Shown one piece after another: positions 17,891 to 27,814 of a DNA stretch of 40,302 nt. Source of the stretch: Candidatus Delongbacteria bacterium (GTDB lineage: Bacteria; UBA4055). Below the pieces are notes generated by a model. It had not been told where the DNA came from. It saw only the letters and a program-made list of their open reading frames with translations, and ran no database searches. Both the position numbers and the translations under genes were made by a program. Where the stretch lies: positions 1 through 40,302 of the forward strand of contig JAFGVM010000071.1 of NCBI GenBank assembly GCA_016937995.1, read 5' to 3'. Positions within the stretch are counted from its first letter, which is position 1; each line of letters opens with the position of its first letter.

Positions 17891-19552
17891 TTATTTAATT
17901 AAGACCATTTTATTTGCCTGAACTATTCCATCGTCCGTTCTAAGCACACCGTAGTAAATTCCACTTGATAATTTATCTCCGTTAAATTCAAATGAGAACT
18001 TTCCGGCTGTGAATTTATTGTCAACAACTTTCTCGACCAGTTTTCCTGCCTGATCATATATATTTATGCTTATATTTTGATGTTTATCATTGATGAAAGA
18101 AATTGTTGTTGTCGGATTGAACGGATTCGGATAATTTTGTTCTAATTGTAAATTGTCCATTGTAAATTGTTCATTGTCTATCCCTGTATTTTTAACAAGC
18201 TGGACATTTACTTCAGTTGCTTCTTTAAAAACCCCTGTATCATCAGTAACTACGATATTATCTATTGTCTGAGGAAAGTACCCCGGACAGGAAACGGTCA
18301 TTGTATATGTTCCCGGTATCAGTATTCTGTAATAATCCCCTTTATCAGGATCTGTGTAATAATCTTTGTCAATACCTGCTATCTGGATAGTTGCTGCAAC
18401 AGGTACACCTGACACAGAATCAGTGACTACCCCGTAGATACCTTTATGAGCAGCTGATAAGTACCAGAACATTGAATTTCTATTCTCTTGCCAATAAACC
18501 GGCATTGAGCTGTAAGAAGGCCATTTTGTACCGGATATTTCCAGTGTCATGTCCATATCATTATGATATCTGTAGTTCCAGTCCTGCATTCCGCCATCTA
18601 TTGAATACCAGTCACATCCATTGGTTACTCCATCCGTAAATGAAGAACTGCCGAACAATCTTGGATTCCTGCTTGCATAACCATAAGCCAGCCAGTAAGC
18701 ATGAGCATCATCAGGAGCTGCAGCATAGGCACCATTTGCTACACCAAAATCCTTATCAAATACAAAATTGGCAACTTCAGCTCCACCGTGAAAGTTTGTC
18801 GATAGAATAAAGTTGTGTGCTTTTGTCCAGCTGATCATTGCCTGGTTCTCAGGAATTGTGCTGACTAATATCGTATCAGGTTCATAATAAGTTCCTTCAG
18901 GGAAATTTCTGTTTAAATCAATATAGTTAGCATTATATCTCTGTCCAAGTTCATTTCCATCTGGATTCATTAATGGCATTATGTATAGCTCAGTGTTGTT
19001 TACTATAAACTGCATTGTATCATTATCTGCGTAATATCCTTGAAGAATATCCTCGATCATATACATTTCCATTTCCATTCCGGTAACTTCATCACCGTGC
19101 ATTGTCGAAACGAACTTTACTTCTGGTTCTGCTTCTTCTATGTCAAGGCTGTCTGTGATCTTAAGTACCCATAATTCTCTTCCCTGTACAGTCGTTCCTA
19201 TCTGTATTCTTTGACATATCTCAGGATATCTATTCTGCCAAGCAAGCATTGAATCTCCAATAGACTGGTTGTCGTAGAATTGAGTTGCATCTTTAGGGAT
19301 TTGCAATGGTGTCCAGCTAACAGTGTAACCTGCTTCAGTCAACATGGAAAATTCTTCTTCTGTTACATATACCTTAATAGATTCAGGTAATCCTTTTGCA
19401 GTGAAACTTGTTCGGTCTATATCAATTTTGTTGTCCTGAAGAAATTTTATATCATCAAGACCTGATATCTTTACTACTGCATATTCGTGAAGTTTTACGA
19501 AAGCTGAAAGCATTGTTAGAGATATTAGTATTATTAGTATCGTTCTCTTCAT
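17891..19552 (-). CDS. Secreted M14 zinc carboxypeptidase (N/E-like) with carboxypeptidase regulatory-like domain and T9SS/FlgD-type C-terminal domain
   Basis: Signal peptide; MHGDE, NPDG, RYNAN..DLNRNF, NFHGG, GGMQDWNY, TLEIS; C-terminal QNYPNPFNP...KMVLIK. Confidence 0.92.
   Translation of the reverse strand: MKRTILIILISLTMLSAFVKLHEYAVVKISGLDDIKFLQDNKIDIDRTSFTAKGLPESIKVYVTEEEFSMLTEAGYTVSWTPLQIPKDATQFYDNQSIGDSMLAWQNRYPEICQRIQIGTTVQGRELWVLKITDSLDIEEAEPEVKFVSTMHGDEVTGMEMEMYMIEDILQGYYADNDTMQFIVNNTELYIMPLMNPDGNELGQRYNANYIDLNRNFPEGTYYEPDTILVSTIPENQAMISWTKAHNFILSTNFHGGAEVANFVFDKDFGVANGAYAAAPDDAHAYWLAYGYASRNPRLFGSSSFTDGVTNGCDWYSIDGGMQDWNYRYHNDMDMTLEISGTKWPSYSSMPVYWQENRNSMFWYLSAAHKGIYGVVTDSVSGVPVAATIQIAGIDKDYYTDPDKGDYYRILIPGTYTMTVSCPGYFPQTIDNIVVTDDTGVFKEATEVNVQLVKNTGIDNEQFTMDNLQLEQNYPNPFNPTTTISFINDKHQNISINIYDQAGKLVEKVVDNKFTAGKFSFEFNGDKLSSGIYYGVLRTDDGIVQANKMVLIK
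18144..18178 (-). repeat. Heptamer repeat nACAAT(G/T) x5 inside the M14 linker
   Basis: Sense strand GACAATG AACAATT TACAATG GACAATT TACAATT, encoding DNEQFTMDNLQL. Confidence 0.8.
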
Positions 19553-19567
19553 AGTTTTTCCTTTTCT

Positions 19568-19587
19568 CCACAGGTTAAAACCTGCGG
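19568..19587 (-). repeat. REP-like palindrome between dapH and the M14 gene
   Basis: Sense strand CCGCAGGTT-TT-AACCTGTGG with one G-U pair and no U tail. Confidence 0.5.
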
Positions 19588-19640
19588 TTAATTAAGTTAT
19601 ATACCGCTGAGATAGGCTAACTAACTGTCCACTCCGAAAG

Positions 19641-20348
19641 TTACAGCTTTCGCAACGAATCCACCAATGCGGTCTTTGAATTCGTTCTTTCATCTCTTTT
19701 TTTAATTACTTTCGCTGGAGTTCCGGCCACTACCATTTCCTCCGGAACATCTTCCGTAACTACTGCTCCTGCTGCCACTACTGCATTCTTTCCTACCCTT
19801 ACTCCTTCAAGGATGACCGCATTTGCACCTATAACTACACCGTCTTCAATCACTACCGGCTGAGCCGAAGGTGGTTCTATAACTCCAGCAATTACCGCTC
19901 CTGCACCAATATGACACCTCTTGCCGATCAGAGCTCTGCCACCAATGACCACATTCAGATCGATCATTGTTTCGTCACCGATAACCGCTCCGACATTTAT
20001 AACTGATCCCATCATAATAATACAGTTATTACCTATTTCAGCCGTTTCTCTGATAAATACACCCGGTTCGATACGTGAGTTAATGTTCTTGAGATCTATC
20101 ATTGGTACAGCAGAATTACGTCTGTCATTCTTAATATGGACATCGAGTATCATATCACAATTGTCAACAAGAATTGACTCAACCTCAAGCCATTCTCCTA
20201 TAATCGTTCCGAAATCATCATTTCCGAAATATTTAACTTTTGAAAAATCTATCTTGCTGAGATCACCTTTGACAAATACTTCCACAGGTGTCTTTTTCTT
20301 TGAGTTACTGATAAAGTCGATCAAACCTTGAGTGTCCATAAAATACAT
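19641..20348 (-). CDS. dapH: 2,3,4,5-tetrahydropyridine-2,6-dicarboxylate N-acetyltransferase
   Basis: DapH N-terminus [24 protein letters not shown]; hexapeptide repeats; GVIEPPSA. Start may be the second ATG at 20339. Confidence 0.92.
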   Translation of the reverse strand: MYFMDTQGLIDFISNSKKKTPVEVFVKGDLSKIDFSKVKYFGNDDFGTIIGEWLEVESILVDNCDMILDVHIKNDRRNSAVPMIDLKNINSRIEPGVFIRETAEIGNNCIIMMGSVINVGAVIGDETMIDLNVVIGGRALIGKRCHIGAGAVIAGVIEPPSAQPVVIEDGVVIGANAVILEGVRVGKNAVVAAGAVVTEDVPEEMVVAGTPAKVIKKRDERTNSKTALVDSLRKL

Positions 20349-20432
20349 CCCCGGTTAAGATTACTCTTAAATATCCGTATTTAAAGGAGAATAATCAATA
20401 ATAAAAATTAGTTCTGGGCTTATAGTTTATAG

Positions 20433-21746
20433 TTATAATTTCAATGCTTCTTTAAATGCTTTAAAAACAAATTCAGGAGATGAATTGTGCAGAAGAAGGA
20501 TCAGATCACCACCATAAGCATCAATGATATGCTTATATTTTTTAATTTCATCGATGATCTCGGTCTTATTCATTTTAATGTGAGAATTAAGTGTTGCATC
20601 CATTACGATCAAGGGATGCTCAATAATATCGTAAGGTTTTCTTTCTTTAAAATTCCATGGTCTGAACGGATAACTGGTACCACATCTGAAACCTGCATAC
20701 CTTGAATAACCGAGAGAATACTCATTCTTAAAACCAGCTTTCTGAAGAAGATCAAATGAAATTTCCACATCGAATCTGAGGAAGTGTGCTCTGACAGAAT
20801 CTACTTTGATATTCAGTTTCTTTTCAAGAAGTTCTTTCTCAGATAAAATATTATCAAGTGATGACATGGAATCATAACCGTAATGCAGGCCGATCTCTCC
20901 CCCGTTTTCCAGAATTAATTCAGCTGTTTTAGAAAAATCTTGATCAGCGAACCAACCTGAGTCATAGATACTCTTTTCAGCTACCGGAATGAAGAACACA
21001 GGTTTTTCTGTAGTGAATTCAGATATTTGTATCAATTCTTCAAAAGTATTGTAGGGATCCTTTGAATTAATGAGGATCTTCATACAGAAGTCTCTGAAGT
21101 TCTGATAGAACATTTTCAGAGAATGTCTCTTTAAAATATCACCTACCAGTTTTTTAAAAATATTAAAATTTGAAAATTTCCTATAATCGTCAATATCTGA
21201 AGTCAGAGTAATCTTATTTTCATGGTCTTTCATTTCAACGTCTGGATCAAGTTCGATGATAAATGACCGGAGCAGAATAGCATATTCATTCACTATCGGT
21301 CTACCTATGAAATTTTCCTTCACAGCCAAACTTATTTTACCGGGAAATCTTCCGTGTTCATCTTTTTCAGGAACAGCAATTTCCTCCCAGCGGGTTATCA
21401 TAAAGAACACTGATGAAATAATATCAATTCCACAATGGATATGATCTTCTGATATGCTTATTCTTTCATCCCCGAACATAATCGGTAATTCTGCGATCTC
21501 TGCACAGTTCAGCATCTTTAATTTTACCGGGATATTTTCAGGTTTAATGTAATCAATTTCAACACGGGCAAAAAAATCATCAGATAAAGTAAGTATCTTG
21601 CCATTGGGAAATTCAAATATATAGTTATTGTATTCTCCGGTAAGGATTAGATACTCAATGCCGAGTATTTCCTTTAAAACAAAATTAATCACATAACTCT
21701 TCTCGGGTACAAATTTATCAGATATTTTAACGATCAGAGGTTTCAT
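20433..21746 (-). CDS. Polysaccharide deacetylase-like protein (DUF7033-type N-terminus)
   Basis: DIISSVFFMITRWEE, DEHGRF, RPIVNEY, TSDID, EIGLH, RAHFLRF, GFRCGT, PLIVMD. Confidence 0.8.
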   Translation of the reverse strand: MKPLIVKISDKFVPEKSYVINFVLKEILGIEYLILTGEYNNYIFEFPNGKILTLSDDFFARVEIDYIKPENIPVKLKMLNCAEIAELPIMFGDERISISEDHIHCGIDIISSVFFMITRWEEIAVPEKDEHGRFPGKISLAVKENFIGRPIVNEYAILLRSFIIELDPDVEMKDHENKITLTSDIDDYRKFSNFNIFKKLVGDILKRHSLKMFYQNFRDFCMKILINSKDPYNTFEELIQISEFTTEKPVFFIPVAEKSIYDSGWFADQDFSKTAELILENGGEIGLHYGYDSMSSLDNILSEKELLEKKLNIKVDSVRAHFLRFDVEISFDLLQKAGFKNEYSLGYSRYAGFRCGTSYPFRPWNFKERKPYDIIEHPLIVMDATLNSHIKMNKTEIIDEIKKYKHIIDAYGGDLILLLHNSSPEFVFKAFKEALKL

Positions 21747-21749
21747 GGA

Positions 21750-22817
21750 TCACTTCGTAAATTTTAACATTATAATTCCGATAGAACCAAAGATTAAATT
21801 CGGGGTCCAGGAAGCAACAATAATATTTAATGTACCTACAGCACCCCAGTTTTTAAACATGATTATCAGAAGATAATACACAAAAGAAATACCGACAGAA
21901 ATACCAAAATTAACTGATGTTGAACTTCTTATTCTTCCTGTACTTAACGGTATCGCTAGTAAGATCAGCACAAGTGTTATAAGACTGTATGAGACCTTTG
22001 ACATTTTCTCAACTTCCCATTTTGTCATATCGACACCAAGCTTCTTTTTGGATTTAATATATTCATCCAGCTCAAACCAGCCCATTTCAACAGGTTTAAG
22101 TTCGATCTCCTTTATGTCTTCAGGTTTGAAATCCAGGAACATGTTCAAGGAATCAAGATGTTCGTATGAAGTGGAATCAGAAAAGAACTCTCTTCTTGTA
22201 ACATTTGCAAGTGACCATTTTGAATTATTATATACCATTGATTCAGCATCCAGTCTGAAAGATATCCTTCCGTTACTGATACCCTGAATTGATACTCCTA
22301 TAGCAACATCCTGATGGTCATCGTAATGTGATATGTAAACAATGCTGTTCTTCTCCTGATAAACATATTCATTTTTCTTTTTTGTAAAATGACTCCTTTT
22401 ATTCAGATAAAATTTCTCAGCTTCATAGTGTTTACGTGAGGCAACAGGAAGAATTATCTCTGAAAAATAGAAATGAAAAGCTGATAAGAATATACCTGTA
22501 ACAATAAATGGCATAGCTATCCTGGCCAGACTGATACCGGAAGACATCATTGCAACAGTTTCCTGGTATTTTGAAAGATTTCCAAGAGTAAATAACAGAG
22601 CCATGAAACTTACAACCGGGAATATTTGAGATATTATTTCAGGGATCTTCAGAGTATAGTAGATTATATAGCCTAGCAAAGGTGTTTTGGCATCAAGGAA
22701 CTTGTTTAAATGATCGAAAAGATCAATTACGACATAGATCATTATCATTGTAGCCATTGCGAACAACAATGTTATGAAGAATTTCTTTAGTATGTATGCG
22801 TCCAGTTTTCTTATCAT
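21750..22817 (-). CDS. lptG: LptF/LptG-family LPS export permease (LptG-like)
   Basis: KLDAYILKKF; 3 TM + periplasmic beta domain + 3 TM; ASWTPN; tandem with 22868..24061. Confidence 0.85.
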   Translation of the reverse strand: MIRKLDAYILKKFFITLLFAMATMIMIYVVIDLFDHLNKFLDAKTPLLGYIIYYTLKIPEIISQIFPVVSFMALLFTLGNLSKYQETVAMMSSGISLARIAMPFIVTGIFLSAFHFYFSEIILPVASRKHYEAEKFYLNKRSHFTKKKNEYVYQEKNSIVYISHYDDHQDVAIGVSIQGISNGRISFRLDAESMVYNNSKWSLANVTRREFFSDSTSYEHLDSLNMFLDFKPEDIKEIELKPVEMGWFELDEYIKSKKKLGVDMTKWEVEKMSKVSYSLITLVLILLAIPLSTGRIRSSTSVNFGISVGISFVYYLLIIMFKNWGAVGTLNIIVASWTPNLIFGSIGIIMLKFTK

Positions 22818-22867
22818 TTGTAGGGTTTAGAGTTTAAAGTTTTAAATCCACAACTTACAACCGATCC

Positions 22868-24061
22868 TTATTCAATACTTTTGCTAGTAAATTTTCTCTT
22901 TATCCATCCTAACGGAGTTGTTATAAATGCAAAATGCAATTTTGTTCCTTTTGATGCAAGACGTATCATAAATAGAGACAATATCCCGATTATAATGTTT
23001 GCATTCCACATAGCCCACATCGGATCAAGCTTACCTCTGTCGGCCAGATCCTCACCGGAGATCAGAAAGAACCAGTAGATAGTGAATATCAAAATACTCA
23101 TTGATGCTGAAGCTCCCATTCCTCCCCTGCCTGACATCAATCCTAATGGTGCTCCGACCAAGAACATTATTATACATGCAAACGACAACGCATATTTTTT
23201 ATAATATTCTACTTCAACCTGGGAAATAGCTATTTTTGAGGCTCTCTTATTCTTTAATCTGGTGATCTTTGCTCTTAGACTGTCTACGCTTTTTTCCCTG
23301 TCACCGTAACTGCCTTTATCTTTGACTTCAAAATCAATACCGCTTACTTCCTTTAAAAGTTCCATTTTTGAAAATTTGGACCTAAAATAACCATCAGGTT
23401 TTTTCGGATCAAGATTTGCGATCTCTCCGTCATAGAGAACGATCTTATACCTTTTTATATCCTGTTCGTAAGTGATATAACCTTTTTCAGCTGTGATGGT
23501 CCTTCTCTCGTTAGTACTTAATGAACTCTCAAGAACAACAACTTTAATCAGTTCATTTTTTTCATTATCAACTTTTTCTGCTTTAATAACAAATCCCGGG
23601 ATATCATTAACAAAAATTCCGGGTTCAATGACAGCAAGTGGTTTTTTCCTGGTAATAGATGATTTTAATATCTTGCTCTGATGATTCATCTCGGGAAGAA
23701 TATTATTATGAAAATACATCATCCCGAAGCTAAGCAGTAACGACCATATCAATCCGGGTAACATCAATTGATAGATTGAAATCCCTCCGGACTGGATAAC
23801 GCTCCATTCGTTATCCTGGGATAATCGACCGTAAGCAACTAATGCTGCCACAAGTACCGACATTGGAACAGCAAGAGCTAAGATCCAGCCCATACTAAGA
23901 TAGAAGAATTCTAAAATAACTACAAAATCCAGTCCTTTTCCAACAAATCTCGTCATCATTTTCATAACTATGTTCAAAATGAAAAGGAACAGTATCACCC
24001 CAAGTGACATAAAGAACGGGAACACGTGCTCTTTAGAAATATATTTAGATATGATTTTCAT
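22868..24061 (-). CDS. lptF: LptF/LptG-family LPS export permease (LptF-like)
   Basis: LAVPMSVLVA..YGRLSQDNE, SGGIS, IEPGIF, EYYKKYA, VGAPLG, AMWNAN. Confidence 0.87.
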   Translation of the reverse strand: MKIISKYISKEHVFPFFMSLGVILFLFILNIVMKMMTRFVGKGLDFVVILEFFYLSMGWILALAVPMSVLVAALVAYGRLSQDNEWSVIQSGGISIYQLMLPGLIWSLLLSFGMMYFHNNILPEMNHQSKILKSSITRKKPLAVIEPGIFVNDIPGFVIKAEKVDNEKNELIKVVVLESSLSTNERRTITAEKGYITYEQDIKRYKIVLYDGEIANLDPKKPDGYFRSKFSKMELLKEVSGIDFEVKDKGSYGDREKSVDSLRAKITRLKNKRASKIAISQVEVEYYKKYALSFACIIMFLVGAPLGLMSGRGGMGASASMSILIFTIYWFFLISGEDLADRGKLDPMWAMWNANIIIGILSLFMIRLASKGTKLHFAFITTPLGWIKRKFTSKSIE

Positions 24062-24067
24062 GTTTGA

Positions 24068-24096
24068 AAATTAGCCTCTACATATTAAAATTGCAA
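24068..24096 (-). promoter_or_regulatory. Promoter of lptF; predicted start site at the ATG (leaderless)
   Basis: Minus strand TTGCAA-17 nt-TAATTT-6 nt-ATG. Confidence 0.55.
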
Positions 24097-24110
24097 TTAA
24101 ATAAAAAACG

Positions 24111-24136
24111 AAAAAAGGGCGTATGAATACGCCCTT
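24111..24136 (-). terminator. Terminator of the tricorn gene
   Basis: Minus strand AAGGGCGTAT-TC-ATACGCCC-TTTTTT. Confidence 0.85.
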
Positions 24137-24160
24137 AAAGAAATTATCATTCATAACCGA

Positions 24161-27100
24161 TCATCTATTATCAATTGCTTTTAACATTTCCTCAACTGCT
24201 CTTTCTAACTGAACATCGTTATCCTCGATCTTATCCTTAAAAGACATATCGATCCTGATATCCGGCTGAGTTCCGTTACCCTCCATATTTTCACCGTTCA
24301 GTCTCCACCACCCTGCAAGAGGCATTCTCATACTGGATCCGTCCATAAGAGTATGTGAACTTGTTCCTATTACCGCACCGCTCGTTGGCGTTCCGATAAC
24401 TTTACCTAAACCAAGGTCTTTGTAAAGGGTAGGAAATATCTCAGCATCTGAAAAAGATCTGTCATTAATGATCACTGTACTCGGTTTGTCCCAGATATCG
24501 AAAGGTGTTTTTCTTTTGACTGCATGATCCCATCTCGCACTACTGTATGCATACTGTTTTTTTGTAAGAACTTCTATCAGCCTGTCATGTGTATACCCGC
24601 CACCGTTAAATCTTACATCAATTATCAAAGCCTCTTTATTGAAGTTATCTGTAAAAAGATCATCCAGGAATTTTTCATAAGAAGATTCATTCATTCCCCT
24701 GATATGAAGATATCCAACTTTACCTTTTGACAATTCGTCCACTTTGAGCTTTCTGTCATTCACCCAGTCATCATATTTAAGCATATAGTCACTGGACAAA
24801 CCTTTAACACTGATCTCTTCCTCAATTTTACCGGATCTTATCTTAAGTTTTATCTTATCATCCACTTTATTTACAAAAAGCTCATCAATGTCAGTATCTC
24901 TTTCAATATTCACATCATCAACAGATAGTAATACATCACCTGCTTTAATATCATGCACTTCAGCAAGTTTTGACTGAAAATAAACTTTTGATATCTTCAA
25001 ACCTTTATCCATCCTGTCCTTAAAGTCGAATTCAGCTCCAATAACAGCTACAGGAAGTGCTGGGACTTCACTTTCCTGATTCGGATAGTAACCTGTATGT
25101 GAACTATTGATATTACCTATCATTTCATCTATAAGAAAACCGAAACTGTCTGCAATATGGTACTGGTCCATATATTTTTTGAATCTATCATACATCTTAT
25201 CAAGGTTTACACCATGCATTTCAGGATCGTAAAAACCTCTTTTGAAAGATGTATATATCTCATCGAACAACTGGGAATAGATCTTCTGCTGATCGTAAGA
25301 ATATTTTATATCAAAAGGAGTATCTTTGATCTTCTTTGATTTCATATCAAAAGCTTTTATTTTATTTCTCTGAAGATAAAATACACCTCCTGTTGAATCA
25401 GCATATGAAACATCAGTTATTTTCCCACCGGTTATTTCAGTGATCAGTTCATCATCCTTTGCCTGAAAATCTGTTTTTCTTAGATATATCTTGTCACTGA
25501 ATTCGTTAATGTAAAATATCTTCTGATCCTCTGTGAGCTTTATAATATAATTAATGCCGGGTTTGTTCAGAAGCGGATTACCTTTTTCTTTAAGTCCGGT
25601 TGTAAAGAACTCAGACGGTTCTTTCTTCTCCTTTTTAGTTTTGTCTTTCTTTTTATCTTTTTGCGGGGTAAAAATTTCTTTCCATTTATCTTTTTCGAAA
25701 TGGTAATCACTGACCTTCTTCAGGTCAGTTCTATAGACTGCATCACCAATATTATAAAATAAGAATTCCTCTTTGGGATCTATTGACATTCTCCATAACC
25801 ATTCATTATATGAAGAGATCATCTTTTCCTTCTTTTCTTCCAGATTGAGTATGTAGAGATTTATACTGTACAATCCTCCCACAAGCTCTGTATATAACAG
25901 CAGATTACCGTCATTGGAAAGATCAATATCAAGAACATATTTATCAGGAACGATCTCTTCGTAAATATCTTTTTTCCGATCTCTTACAGCCAGTCTGAAC
26001 CTGTCATCACCTTCAGAATAAAATACGAACATCTTTCCTTTGATGATCTTCAATTTATCGATTATTTTATCTTTACTCCATTCTATCAGCTCTGAATTTA
26101 TAGGATCTTTAACAGAAGTTTTGAACAGTTTTGTTTCACCTTTTACAAATGCTGTATAATAAATAGTTTCATTATCATCAGATATGACAAAATCTCCTAT
26201 ACCTTTTGCATCCCCGGTTATCCGAATCTCCTCCCCACCCTCAAAAGGTACAGCAAAAAGATCAAATTTATACCTGAAAAGTATCCAATCCCCTTTGGGT
26301 GATACATAGAATTTATCAGTAGTAGAAATATTGTTCAGAATTACTTTTGGACTTTGAATAATATCTTCAGCAATATTTATTTTCAATTCTTTAGCAACTT
26401 TATCTGTCGGGTCCAGAACCCATAATTTGTCAAAATATTCAAAAACCATCCTGTCATTTTTATAGGCAATTGAAATATCTCTTGCTGACCATTTATTGAA
26501 ATTTGTTATCTGCTCCACTTTAGGATCTTTTTTTTCTAATTCAATTTCTGGAATATTACAGATCTGGAATAGATTACTGTCAGATCGTGCAAAATAAATT
26601 CCTTTGCCTGTTTTGGAGAACACAGGATATCTTTCCGTCAGAGGAGAATCATAGACATCAGTGTAATCATTGATATTCAAATCAAAAAGATGAAGACTTC
26701 CGTTCGCACTACCGGTGTATTTTTCTCTGAAAGGATCACCATTGTTACAAAATATAAATTTATCATTATCAGATGAAAGATCACCGTATAAATTTCCGAA
26801 AATATCAAGATCAGTCAAACCGGTTCCGTCTATTTTTACCCTGTACATCTTATTTCCTACGAATCTCTCCCCTTTCATCAGCAATAAATACTGTGAGTCC
26901 TTATACCAGTCAACAACGAAATAATCTCCTGTAATAACTTTGACCGCACTTCCTCCGTTCGATGGAATTACATAAACAGCTCCATAACCTTCCCTGTCTG
27001 AATTAAATGCTATCATTTTTCCATCAGGTGAGTAATCAGGATTATAATCCGCTCCTTTTACTGAAGTTAGCCTTTTGGCTTCCCCGCCTTTATAGGAAAC

Positions 27101-27235
27101 CGTCCAAAGATCATTCATATACCTGAAACATATCATATCCCCTTCAGGAGATATTGCAGGATCTGACATAAAATTCGGTTCAATTGAGAATAATTGAATT
27201 GCAAGAATTAACAGAACTATTAAATAATTTTTCAT
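24161..27235 (-). CDS. Tricorn-like S41 family protease
   Basis: Signal peptide; PD40/TolB blades (PAISPEG, YSPDGK); SSHTG; PDZ; GYLHIRGM, DVRFNGGG, SFSDAE, G..TSGAVIGT. Confidence 0.93.
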   Translation of the reverse strand: MKNYLIVLLILAIQLFSIEPNFMSDPAISPEGDMICFRYMNDLWTVSYKGGEAKRLTSVKGADYNPDYSPDGKMIAFNSDREGYGAVYVIPSNGGSAVKVITGDYFVVDWYKDSQYLLLMKGERFVGNKMYRVKIDGTGLTDLDIFGNLYGDLSSDNDKFIFCNNGDPFREKYTGSANGSLHLFDLNINDYTDVYDSPLTERYPVFSKTGKGIYFARSDSNLFQICNIPEIELEKKDPKVEQITNFNKWSARDISIAYKNDRMVFEYFDKLWVLDPTDKVAKELKINIAEDIIQSPKVILNNISTTDKFYVSPKGDWILFRYKFDLFAVPFEGGEEIRITGDAKGIGDFVISDDNETIYYTAFVKGETKLFKTSVKDPINSELIEWSKDKIIDKLKIIKGKMFVFYSEGDDRFRLAVRDRKKDIYEEIVPDKYVLDIDLSNDGNLLLYTELVGGLYSINLYILNLEEKKEKMISSYNEWLWRMSIDPKEEFLFYNIGDAVYRTDLKKVSDYHFEKDKWKEIFTPQKDKKKDKTKKEKKEPSEFFTTGLKEKGNPLLNKPGINYIIKLTEDQKIFYINEFSDKIYLRKTDFQAKDDELITEITGGKITDVSYADSTGGVFYLQRNKIKAFDMKSKKIKDTPFDIKYSYDQQKIYSQLFDEIYTSFKRGFYDPEMHGVNLDKMYDRFKKYMDQYHIADSFGFLIDEMIGNINSSHTGYYPNQESEVPALPVAVIGAEFDFKDRMDKGLKISKVYFQSKLAEVHDIKAGDVLLSVDDVNIERDTDIDELFVNKVDDKIKLKIRSGKIEEEISVKGLSSDYMLKYDDWVNDRKLKVDELSKGKVGYLHIRGMNESSYEKFLDDLFTDNFNKEALIIDVRFNGGGYTHDRLIEVLTKKQYAYSSARWDHAVKRKTPFDIWDKPSTVIINDRSFSDAEIFPTLYKDLGLGKVIGTPTSGAVIGTSSHTLMDGSSMRMPLAGWWRLNGENMEGNGTQPDIRIDMSFKDKIEDNDVQLERAVEEMLKAIDNR

Positions 27236-27244
27236 TTTTTCCTC

Positions 27245-27814
27245 TTATGTTATGCTTTCAATATTGTCATTATTTTTATTCATTAAACCGGGTATTCTTA
27301 TGAACATAATAACACCGACCACTGCAAATACAAGACCGATTACAGGCTGGATCCAGGTACTTCCGGTAATACCCGGTTCCAGAACAGCTTCAGCAGGCTG
27401 GTCTTTCATATAATAGACCCTGACTTTTTTAGCTACAGGATATCTTCTTACTATACTTGAAGCATGTCCGCGGTCACTTGACCCGTAATCTCCGTAGGAG
27501 ACCCTGTCTCCTGTCAGCAGCATTGTTCCGATAGTATAAGTATATTTTATATCGGCGTGATATGACGAAGTTCTATTTCCTTTTCCTGAACGACTACTTT
27601 TGTGCCGAATTTCGGACAATATTATTTTACCCGTAGTACTCGGCCAATCCAAACTTTCCTTGGCTAAAGAAATTGTTGAATAACCTTTATAACTTAATCC
27701 TAAACCAACAGCAAAAAATATCAATGGAAATATTCTTGAAAAGAAAAACCTGGTAAAAGGTGATCTCATTTTCCTGGTCTTACCCTGATATACATTAATA
27801 TTGATATCACCCAT
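27245..27814 (-). CDS. DUF3592 domain membrane protein
   Basis: Start moved to ATG 27814 after GGAGGAG; TM-WPSTTGKI..S...Y.YT...VRVYY...P..AVL-TM. Confidence 0.8.
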   Translation of the reverse strand: MGDININVYQGKTRKMRSPFTRFFFSRIFPLIFFAVGLGLSYKGYSTISLAKESLDWPSTTGKIILSEIRHKSSRSGKGNRTSSYHADIKYTYTIGTMLLTGDRVSYGDYGSSDRGHASSIVRRYPVAKKVRVYYMKDQPAEAVLEPGITGSTWIQPVIGLVFAVVGVIMFIRIPGLMNKNNDNIESIT

